From positions 12,947-28,175 of the forward strand of contig JARRQT010000049.1 of the NCBI GenBank assembly GCA_037381445.1: a stretch of 15,229 bases of DNA, given 5' to 3'. The translations under genes and the position numbers were made by a program. Origin of the DNA: Calditrichia bacterium (lineage in GTDB: Bacteria; Calditrichota; Calditrichia; RBG-13-44-9). Shown here piece after piece: positions 1 to 9,380 of this stretch. The stretch's first letter is position 1. Each line of letters begins with the position of its first letter. The notes under the pieces were generated by a model. That model worked only from the letters and a program-made list of their open reading frames with translations, did no database searches and was not told where the DNA came from.

Positions 1-421
1 TTTTATCTCCCCAGAATTGAGCGATCAGTTTGCGCTGCCGGGAGCGATTGTCAAAATCCACAAAAATGATTTGCTGCCAGGTGCCCAGCAGCAGGCGACC
101 ATTAGAGAATGGGACCGTTAGGGACGGCTTCAGCAGGGAAGCCCGCAGATGCGCATATCCGTTGCCGTCGTGCCAGGTATTATCATGCTGGTAATTTTTG
201 TTCATGGGAATAATGGATTCAAAAAAATCAGGCAGATCTTTCAGCAGTCCCGGTTCATATTCGATGGTTGTCAAACCGGCGGTGCTGCCTGGTATAAAGA
301 GGGTTACCTGTCCTTCCCATAGCTTGCTTTCCTTTAAAAGATCGCCTATTTGCGAGGTAACCTCAATGATATCGGTAAAACCCTGAGTTGAGAAGGCGAT
401 GTTCCTGGTTATTATTTCCAT
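1..421 (-). CDS. yjbQ: YjbQ/UPF0047 family protein (secondary thiamine-phosphate synthase enzyme), 3'-partial
   Basis: Not in the ORF track. Manual translation from ATG at 421: MEIITRNIAFSTQGFTDIIEVT...LFIPGSTAGLTTIEYEPGLLKDL...YQHDNTWHDGNGYAHLRASLL...LLLGTWQQIIFVDFDNRSRQRKL, which are UPF0047 motifs. No stop before the window edge. The start overlaps the upstream TAA (TAATG). Confidence 0.92.
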   Translation of the reverse strand, partial: MEIITRNIAFSTQGFTDIIEVTSQIGDLLKESKLWEGQVTLFIPGSTAGLTTIEYEPGLLKDLPDFFESIIPMNKNYQHDNTWHDGNGYAHLRASLLKPSLTVPFSNGRLLLGTWQQIIFVDFDNRSRQRKLIAQFWGDK

Positions 422-912
422 TATTTCTTTTTCTCCAGCAATTTCTCCAGATTATAGACCGGGGAATTGGGCAGATCCTGGCATTCGAACCGGATACCTT
501 CGCCCATGAGTTCTTCAAAAATTTTTATTTCTTTCTCCGATAGATAGAGATACGATAAAAATTCGCTCCGATCTTCTCTGAAGTGAATACCGCCAATGTT
601 GACCTTCTCAATTTTTGTTCCCCGTTTTAATATTTTCTGCAAGGTAAACGGAGATTTCATCAGTATTAAAACCATAATTTCCTGAATCACAATCTCCCGC
701 ACCCTGGAAATGGTGTCGCTTATGGACAACACAGACGAGGGTATTTCCGGAGGAGCGGCCATCAAAAGCAAGTTCGTTTCCCATTCAGTCTCGGCGATTT
801 CGTCATCACAGACAATCAGCTCTGCAATGGGCAGTTGGCTGCACCACCCGATTATAATCTGACCGTGAATGAGGCGATCATCGATCCGCCAGAGGATGTT
901 CGATTCCGGCAA
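421..912 (-). CDS. PTS system mannose/fructose/sorbose family EIIB component
   Basis: Signature RIDDRLIHGQ with the phospho-acceptor His, plus VNIGG and a C-terminal QDLP. TTG start at 912 preceded by AAGGAG. Confidence 0.92.
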   Translation of the reverse strand: MPESNILWRIDDRLIHGQIIIGWCSQLPIAELIVCDDEIAETEWETNLLLMAAPPEIPSSVLSISDTISRVREIVIQEIMVLILMKSPFTLQKILKRGTKIEKVNIGGIHFREDRSEFLSYLYLSEKEIKIFEELMGEGIRFECQDLPNSPVYNLEKLLEKKK

Positions 913-1582
913 AATATTTCTCCTTTTCTGATTCCTTCAAAATCTCGTCTGTAAAGATTTTAATAATTTCAGAGAAACTTTGATATTCATAAAAAGCCAT
1001 ATTTATGGTCGACAGATAATTTGCCAGGACGCCTTTGGCGAAACGGATATCCGCATTTTGGGTAGCGCACCTGTCCGTGTTTCCGTCGCCGATATAAATG
1101 ACGCGGCTGCCCGAGGAGCGCGCTTTTTCTAACCAAAAAGTTTTGCAATGGTTGCATCTGTTTTTCAACTTTGGACTTCCGGAAGGAAGTATCTTCCATC
1201 GACCGTTTTTTACCTTAGCAGAATTGGCATGATAGATTATCCCATGAATTCTGTTTGCCTCAAATATTTTTTCAATGAATATATCAAAGCCGCCGCTTAA
1301 CACGATTACCGGTAGACTATTATTGCGGCATAGGTGGATAAACTCCCTGAAATACGGATCTAATTCAATTTCACGCAGATCATGCAACGCTTCCTGCAGA
1401 CTGAGGTCAAGCATATTGAACTGCAGTTGCAGCGCGTCTTTTTCATTTATTTCGCGGCGGGTGACCCGATCTTCTATTTCTATCCAGCCGGGTTCGGCGT
1501 ATTTATTGAGGATAAATTCAAGTGAGTCACTTTTCGTGATGGTCCCGTCGAAATCCGAAAATATCTGAAAATTAAAATTCAT
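878..1582 (-). CDS. HAD-IB superfamily phosphatase, MtnX-like
   Basis: HAD motif I DFDGTIT, motif II VLSGG, CNHCK (motif III Lys) and motif IV YIGDGNTD, as in MtnX/PHOSPHO-type phosphatases. Substrate is not determinable from sequence. Confidence 0.85.
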   Translation of the reverse strand: MNFNFQIFSDFDGTITKSDSLEFILNKYAEPGWIEIEDRVTRREINEKDALQLQFNMLDLSLQEALHDLREIELDPYFREFIHLCRNNSLPVIVLSGGFDIFIEKIFEANRIHGIIYHANSAKVKNGRWKILPSGSPKLKNRCNHCKTFWLEKARSSGSRVIYIGDGNTDRCATQNADIRFAKGVLANYLSTINMAFYEYQSFSEIIKIFTDEILKESEKEKYFAGIEHPLADR

Positions 1583-1583
1583 G

Positions 1584-2639
1584 CTATTTTTTTGCCAGGG
1601 GCAGGGTGAAGGATACAGTCAAACCGCCCAATTTATTATTTTCTGCCCATATTTTTCCATGATGCGCTTTCACAATGATCTTGCTGATATACAAACCCAA
1701 ACCGAACCCTTTTTCAACTTGCTGCTCCTGTTTTACCCTAAAAAATTTATCAAAAAGATGAGGTAATTGTTCCTCTGCTACGCCCTGTCCATTGTCTATT
1801 ATCGAAACTTCGGCGGTGTGGTCCGTCCTTTCCTTTGCCCTAATGGTAATTGTGGAATGCGGAGGAGCATATTTAATGGCGTTGGTCAGAAGGTTGGTAA
1901 GGACTCTCTGGATTTGATAATCATCCCCTGATATTTCCCTCAGATCAGCAGCGATCTCTTTTTTTATTTTTACGTTTTTGTGATCCGCTTTCACCCAAAT
2001 GTTAACCAGCACGCTCTCAAGTAATTCCTCAAAATGAAATGGTTCTTTTTGCAAAAGGAATGTGGATTGCTCTCTTCTGAAAATTTCGTTGAGATCCTCA
2101 AGCAAATCCAGCGTTGAATCACCCATGTCCATGGCTTTTTCCAGTATGCTTTTTTGACCTTCATTCAGAGGGCCAAATGTGTTATTCAGCAGCAATTCCA
2201 GATAGCCAATCAGGCTGTTGAGCGGAGAACGCACATCGTGCAGAACCATATTGGCAAGTTCACTCTGTGCCTTGTCGCGCCGCAGCACAATGCTGGCGTT
2301 CTCCAAAAAGAGCGAAAGCGGAATTTCGTTCATTTCAGGATTTACGGTAAAAATGAGTGGTGAAATTTTTAAATTCCGAGAAGGTTTTTCTCCAACGTTG
2401 ATGATAAACAGTTGAGGGCTTTGTCCGTCCAGCGAAAACGCAAATTTTTCAAATGGAAATTTGCCGTCCCGGTTATCGACGATGTAGCAATCGGCCTGAT
2501 TAAATGAATGAAACTTATTCCAGTCCTCAGGCATTTTCGCGTGCCTGACCACATAATTGCTGTTAGTGCAATGATGGGAATAATTTTCTATGAACGATTC
2601 ATCATCTGAAATGATGATCGATCTGTTCTTTTCGCCCAT
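1584..2639 (-). CDS. Soluble sensor histidine kinase (HisKA + HATPase_c) with a degenerate receiver-like N-terminus
   Basis: H box HDVRSPLN, N box NLLTNAIKY, G1 DNGQG, F box LFDKFF, G2 GFGLGL. No obvious hydrophobic transmembrane segment. Confidence 0.92.
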   Translation of the reverse strand: MGEKNRSIIISDDESFIENYSHHCTNSNYVVRHAKMPEDWNKFHSFNQADCYIVDNRDGKFPFEKFAFSLDGQSPQLFIINVGEKPSRNLKISPLIFTVNPEMNEIPLSLFLENASIVLRRDKAQSELANMVLHDVRSPLNSLIGYLELLLNNTFGPLNEGQKSILEKAMDMGDSTLDLLEDLNEIFRREQSTFLLQKEPFHFEELLESVLVNIWVKADHKNVKIKKEIAADLREISGDDYQIQRVLTNLLTNAIKYAPPHSTITIRAKERTDHTAEVSIIDNGQGVAEEQLPHLFDKFFRVKQEQQVEKGFGLGLYISKIIVKAHHGKIWAENNKLGGLTVSFTLPLAKK

Positions 2640-2651
2640 AGCAAATGATTA

Positions 2652-3434
2652 TTATTTACCTTTAAAGTTCGCTTTTCTCTTTTCCAAAAATGCTGCAGTA
2701 CCTTCTTTCATATCTTCTGTACCACACAGATTACCGAACAACTCGGCTTCAAGATTTAGGCCGGCATCCAGATTCATATCCTCGCCTTCGGTAACAGCCT
2801 GCAAAATATAACGCAGGGCAATCGGCGCTTTTTGAGCGAACATTTCCGCCAGTTCTTTGGCCCGGTTCATCAGATTGGTGCCGGGGACTATTTCTTTCAC
2901 CAGTCCAAATTGCAGGGCTTGATCGGCGGTGATCATTTCTCCGCTCAGCAGCATGGATAAAGCCTGCCCCTTGCCGATCAGTCGCGGGAGCCGCTGGGTG
3001 CCGCCGTACCCGGGAATCAGGCCAAGATTGATTTCGGGCTGTCCGAATCTGGCGTTTTCGGATGCAATACGAATGTGGCAGGCCATAGCTAATTCACAAC
3101 CGCCTCCCAGTGCAAAACCGTTTACTGCGGCAATGACCGGTTTTTCCAGTTTTTCGATAAAACGAAACACTTTTTGTCCCCTAAGTGCAAAGATGCGGCC
3201 GGAGATATCATCGTGATGACTGATTGCCTCAATATCCGCCCCGGCAACAAACGCCTTCTCTCCGCTTCCGGTCAGGATGATTGCCAGGACCTGTTCATCC
3301 GATTTGAGTTTCTTAAAAACGTGAAAAAGCTCTGTCACGGTTTCGGCATCCAGTGCATTCAGCTTATTGGGACGGTTAATAGTGACAATAGCGGTGTTAC
3401 CTTCAATGCTCAATATAATATTTTTTGTCTCCAT
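2652..3434 (-). CDS. Enoyl-CoA hydratase (crotonase, Crt-like)
   Basis: AFVAGADI, GFALGGGCELA and GQPEINLGLIPGYGGTQRLPRLIG, with both catalytic Glu present. GGAGG RBS upstream. Confidence 0.95.
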   Translation of the reverse strand: METKNIILSIEGNTAIVTINRPNKLNALDAETVTELFHVFKKLKSDEQVLAIILTGSGEKAFVAGADIEAISHHDDISGRIFALRGQKVFRFIEKLEKPVIAAVNGFALGGGCELAMACHIRIASENARFGQPEINLGLIPGYGGTQRLPRLIGKGQALSMLLSGEMITADQALQFGLVKEIVPGTNLMNRAKELAEMFAQKAPIALRYILQAVTEGEDMNLDAGLNLEAELFGNLCGTEDMKEGTAAFLEKRKANFKGK

Positions 3435-3458
3435 GCAAGCCTCCTCTGATCTATTTGC

Positions 3459-4523
3459 TTAAACCACTTCAACCAGACTTTGGTTGCCCAAAATAAAACG
3501 ATGGGTCCGCGGTTTTCCTTTGGCCTGAAGAATATCAACCTCCGAACCCAGGATGCTGCTTTCAATACGGATACCAACATTTTCTATACGGCAGTCTTCC
3601 ATTACGATGCTGAACTCGATTTCACTATTCCGCACCAGGGTGTGATGATAAATTGATGTATAGGGCCCCACATAACTGTTTTCAATTATAGTGCCCTCAC
3701 CAATTATCACCGGGCCTCTGATGTGGCTGTTGATGACTTTGGCTCCCTTCCCCAGGATTACTGTTCCGGCAAGATGAGAGTTGTTATCAGCCTCGCCAAA
3801 CGATTTTCCGTCCGTATTTGCCAGAATTAGTCGATTGGCCTCCAGCAGGTCCCCCGGTTTGCCGGTATCCTTCCACCAGCCTGTGATTTCGGAATAAGTC
3901 ACCTTGTAACCGTGGTCGAGCAAATACTGGTGAGCATCGGATATTTCCAGTTCTCCCCGTGCACTGGGTTTGATAGCATTTACTGCTTCAAATATATGTT
4001 TATCGTATATGTAAATACCGGCAACCGCAAATTCACTTTTGGGATGCTCGGGCTTCTCTTCCACCTTAATGATACGATCATCTTTGATTTCCGGGACACC
4101 AAAACGGGAGGGATCTTTGACCCTGGCCAATGTTAGATGACAACTGCACTTATCCGCTTCAAACTTATCGATAAAGCGTTTGATGCCGCCAACTACCATA
4201 TTATCGCCCAGATAAAAAACGAACGGTTCATTTCCGATAAAATCCTGTGAGATTTTTACTACATGCGCCAGTCCCAGCGGCGCCGATTGTGGAATGTATT
4301 GAATCCTGATCCCCCAGGTATCTCCGTTTCCGATCGCATTGGGAACATCATCACTGTCTGCGTTAACCAGAATGCCAACGTCTTTAATACCGGCTGCTGC
4401 TACCGCTTCTATGGCATAATGCAGGATAGGTTTATTGGCGATGGGGATGAGATGTTTATTCTGAGTATGCGTGATAGGGCGTAAACGGGTTCCTTTTCCA
4501 CCGCTGGTAATGAGTGCCTTCAA
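3459..4523 (-). CDS. Glucose-1-phosphate thymidylyltransferase, long form (RmlA-long/StrD-like)
   Basis: SGGKGTRLRPIT, QSAPLGLAH, YLGDN, EEKP, SARGELEISDA, GWWKDTGKPGDLLEAN, and a C-terminal beta-helix-like extension. Start moved to TTG at 4523 because GGAGG lies at 4531-4535 and family homology begins at LKALI. Confidence 0.9.
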   Translation of the reverse strand: MKALITSGGKGTRLRPITHTQNKHLIPIANKPILHYAIEAVAAAGIKDVGILVNADSDDVPNAIGNGDTWGIRIQYIPQSAPLGLAHVVKISQDFIGNEPFVFYLGDNMVVGGIKRFIDKFEADKCSCHLTLARVKDPSRFGVPEIKDDRIIKVEEKPEHPKSEFAVAGIYIYDKHIFEAVNAIKPSARGELEISDAHQYLLDHGYKVTYSEITGWWKDTGKPGDLLEANRLILANTDGKSFGEADNNSHLAGTVILGKGAKVINSHIRGPVIIGEGTIIENSYVGPYTSIYHHTLVRNSEIEFSIVMEDCRIENVGIRIESSILGSEVDILQAKGKPRTHRFILGNQSLVEVV

Positions 4524-4651
4524 CTTTCTTCCTCCGAATTTGAAATTAATTTTAATAAAATACTCTTTCCGCAATGCGTCAAAAATCACATTTTGTTCTA
4601 TCTTATAATTTTTTCAATCGCTTATATCATCTTTTCTAAATCTCGATTTTC

Positions 4652-4680
4652 ATTTTACATAATATCAGGAAAAAACACAA
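4652..4680 (-). promoter_or_regulatory. Candidate sigma70-type promoter for the leftward operon
   Basis: Minus strand TTGTGT-N17-TAAAAT, about 130 nt upstream of the TTG start. The region is AT-rich, so a chance match is possible. Confidence 0.4.
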
Positions 4681-5075
4681 CCGGACTCTGATTTTTTAGC
4701 AGCAAAATAATTTTAAAAATTCAGCGATCCATTTATAGAAATCCCGGTAAGTCAGCTTTCGAATATTCGAAACCATATTCATTCAGTAACTTGATTTGCT
4801 GAAGAATGTTGAACGTACCGTTTACTGGACTGGATCACATTGGACTTCCCTGTATAAATCCGATAAACACATGACCAATTACCTAAATATTAAATATATA
4901 AAGAAATCCGCAGGGACACAACATTCGCGCCTAAAATGGATCATGAACAAAACGGCAAATAGGAACCAATGGCCGAAGGCAATTTGAAGAAGCTTAAGCC
5001 TGTATGATTATTTAATTCAAGATTCATTAAACAAGCAAATAAATCTGATTTTGCGATCAGTTTTAAATTTTTCGC

Positions 5076-5103
5076 TTGCGCTGAAAATTTTTTATTGTAT
5101 ATT
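5076..5103 (+). promoter_or_regulatory. Candidate groESL promoter
   Basis: TTGCGC-N16-TATATT immediately upstream of the CIRCE, the usual arrangement for HrcA-controlled promoters. Confidence 0.5.
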
Positions 5104-5104
5104 G

Positions 5105-5131
5105 TTGGCACTCTGAATGATATAGTGCTAA
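5105..5131 (+). promoter_or_regulatory. CIRCE element (HrcA operator)
   Basis: TTGGCACTC-N9-TAGTGCTAA versus consensus TTAGCACTC-N9-GAGTGCTAA (2 mismatches), about 55 nt upstream of groES. Confidence 0.92.
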
Positions 5132-5185
5132 AAAAACAAAGTAAGTAACTATAAAACAACGCTTAACAAACAAACGGAGGTGAAC

Positions 5186-7134
<1,949 letters not shown>

Positions 7135-7155
7135 TTCGCTGCAAATTCGAATATC

Positions 7156-7190
7156 AAAAAAGCCTCCGTATTTTTTCGGAGGCTTTTTTT
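7156..7190 (+). terminator. Rho-independent terminator after groEL (potentially bidirectional)
   Basis: AAAAAAGCCTCCG-TATTTTTT-CGGAGGCTTTTTTT: a perfect stem with a U-tract and a mirror A-tract. Confidence 0.93.
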
Positions 7191-7401
7191 AGGCCAAAGA
7201 ATATTAATCCTTCTCCAAAACGATTGTCTGCATTCTTAAACTTTCATTTGAACCTGCTGCCTCGCTAAAAAACGCCAATAGAATCCCATCCAAAAGAAGA
7301 GATGGCCAATCCTGCTTCTCGTGACCGGTCGAAACATTTTTCAGTTGATACACCTGCTGTTTATAACTAACTTTGCAAGTTATATAAAACATGGGATAAC
7401 A

Positions 7402-8220
7402 ATGTCTTCTGAACGAGAAATCAAAAAAATATCCATCCCTGATATCATCGGGTACAAAGGTCGTGCGGAAAAAATTTCTGCTTTAACGGCCTATGACTAT
7501 TTGATGGCGGAAATGCTTGATGAATCCGGTATAGACATCATTTTAATAGGCGATTCTCTGGGAATGGTCATCGACGGCTACGGGACCACCCTTCCTGTGA
7601 CTATGGAAGCCATGATTTACCACTCGAAAATCGTTAACCGTGCGGTGAAACGAGCCCTTGTTACCGCGGATATGCCTTTTATGTCCTACCAGATCTCCAT
7701 TGAAAAGGGAATTGAGAATGCGGGCCGCCTGCTTAAAGAAGCGGGAGTTCAAGCCGTTAAAATCGAAGGCGGAGAGCCGGTCGCAGAGCTTGTGCATAAA
7801 CTGGTGGATTTTGGCATTCCCGTCATGGGGCATTTGGGATTGACTCCCCAGTCCATCCACAAATTTGGCAGCTACAAACTGCAGGGGCGGGAGCCTGAAA
7901 TAGCGGAGAGATTACGAAAAGACGCCAAAATTCTGGAGGAGGCCGGTGTGTTTTCTATCGTGCTCGAAAAGATTCCGGCCGGTCTGGCAGGTGAAATCAC
8001 AAAAAGCGTAAAAATCCCGACGATCGGAATCGGTGCTGGCCCGCAATGTGACGGTCAAATTTTGGTGAGCTATGATATGCTGGGGATATTCGATAAATTC
8101 AAGCCGCGCTTTGTCCGTCACTATGCTGAAATTGGCAAACAGATGAGGAAGGCTTTTGAAGAATATACCAAAGACGTGAAGGCGGGCGAATTCCCTTCCA
8201 TGGAAGAGTCATTTGAATAA
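7402..8220 (+). CDS. panB: 3-methyl-2-oxobutanoate hydroxymethyltransferase
   Basis: LTAYDY, LIGDSLGM, ADMPFMSY, VKIEGG, GHLGLTPQ, TIGIGAG, DGQILV. Start placed at ATG 7402 by family length; the ORF track starts at GTG 7321. Confidence 0.97.
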   Translation: MSSEREIKKISIPDIIGYKGRAEKISALTAYDYLMAEMLDESGIDIILIGDSLGMVIDGYGTTLPVTMEAMIYHSKIVNRAVKRALVTADMPFMSYQISIEKGIENAGRLLKEAGVQAVKIEGGEPVAELVHKLVDFGIPVMGHLGLTPQSIHKFGSYKLQGREPEIAERLRKDAKILEEAGVFSIVLEKIPAGLAGEITKSVKIPTIGIGAGPQCDGQILVSYDMLGIFDKFKPRFVRHYAEIGKQMRKAFEEYTKDVKAGEFPSMEESFE

Positions 8221-8282
8221 AATGGTTTCCGTCTTCTTTAATCTGAACTGAGGCAAGTTGAAAATCGGAGAGATATGGCAAA

Positions 8283-9128
8283 ATGCGAATCATTAAAGAT
8301 ATAAGGGAAATGCAAAAATTTGGCAACGAAAACAGGCAAAGTGGGAAAACCATCGGATTCGTCCCGACCATGGGATATCTCCATGAGGGACATGTCAGTC
8401 TCATAAAACTGATGCGCCAGAAATGTGATGTGCTGGTTGTAAGCATTTTTGTGAATCCCGCTCAGTTTGGACCGAATGAGGATTTTGAGGCCTATCCACG
8501 AGATTTTCAGAGAGATGAGGAATTGTGCAAAGAAGAGAAGGTGGATATCATTTTCTATCCCGATGCGGAACAAATGTACCGGAAACCTTATCTTACTCAT
8601 ATCAATGTGGAGAAAATTACGGAAACCATGTGCGGCATTTCGCGACCCGGCCATTTTCAGGGTGTTGCTACTGTCGTGGGAAAATTGTTTAATATTGTAA
8701 AGCCACACTACGCGATATTTGGTAAAAAGGATTATCAGCAGGCTGTTGTTATCAAACAGATGGTCAAAGATCTGAATTTTGATGTGGAAATCCTGACTGG
8801 CCCCATTGTTCGTGAAAAAGATGGCTTGGCCATGAGTTCACGGAACAAATATCTTTCTGAAAAGGACCGCAAAAAGGCACTGATTCTGAACAAGAGTCTT
8901 CATGTTGCCAGAAATCTCTATGAGGAAGGAATCAGCAGCCCTGGGATGGTAAAGATGCAGATGGAGCAGTACATCCGCAATGAAGAAGGTGTGGTGATTG
9001 ATTATATCGCGATTGTTGATGCCGAAGATTTGAAACCGGTGAAAGAAATTGACAAAAATACGCTGATAGCTCTGGCCGTTTATGTGGGGGACACTCGTCT
9101 GATTGACAATATTATAATTGGCAGGTAA
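8283..9128 (+). CDS. panC: Pantoate--beta-alanine ligase
   Basis: FVPTMGYLHEGH, SIFVNPAQF, RPGHFQGV, FGKKDYQQ, GLAMSSRN, RLIDN. Confidence 0.98.
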   Translation: MRIIKDIREMQKFGNENRQSGKTIGFVPTMGYLHEGHVSLIKLMRQKCDVLVVSIFVNPAQFGPNEDFEAYPRDFQRDEELCKEEKVDIIFYPDAEQMYRKPYLTHINVEKITETMCGISRPGHFQGVATVVGKLFNIVKPHYAIFGKKDYQQAVVIKQMVKDLNFDVEILTGPIVREKDGLAMSSRNKYLSEKDRKKALILNKSLHVARNLYEEGISSPGMVKMQMEQYIRNEEGVVIDYIAIVDAEDLKPVKEIDKNTLIALAVYVGDTRLIDNIIIGR

Positions 9129-9276
9129 AAATTGCAGCCATGTGGAACTTCGCGGAATGCTGATTATTTAATATCCACTTAATTGGTGTGAAAGTGGTTT
9201 AGCGATTGGCTTTATACATTGAATTAAATAATTATTACGAATTTGCCAGAACATTGGAATTCCTGATAAGAAATAA

Positions 9277-9290
9277 TTGATATATATCAA
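9277..9290. promoter_or_regulatory. Perfect palindrome matching the FNR/CRP-family box TTGAT-N4-ATCAA
   Basis: TTGATATATATCAA lies 90 nt upstream of the GlmU-like gene. The cognate regulator is not in the window. Confidence 0.5.
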
Positions 9291-9380
9291 CCTGAAGCAT
9301 GCCTGTTTTGGGATATTAAATTAACAATTTTTTTGTTGGTCAGGATTGCATCTTCAAAAAGCTATCGATAAGGAGCACGC

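Noticed and set aside
4524..4589. 22-aa N-terminal extension of the thymidylyltransferase in the ORF track
   Set aside because: The GGAGG RBS and family alignment place the start at TTG 4523.
4796..5159. Short ORFs (63 aa plus strand, 72 aa minus strand) in the divergent intergenic region
   Set aside because: No convincing RBS or recognisable homology, and the minus ORF overlaps the CIRCE and promoter.
7321..7401. N-terminal extension of PanB from GTG 7321
   Set aside because: Not PanB-like and overlaps the likely promoter; ATG 7402 fits the family length.
8099..8708. Antisense ORFs (115 and 156 aa) over panB/panC
   Set aside because: They overlap well-supported genes on the other strand and have no family features.
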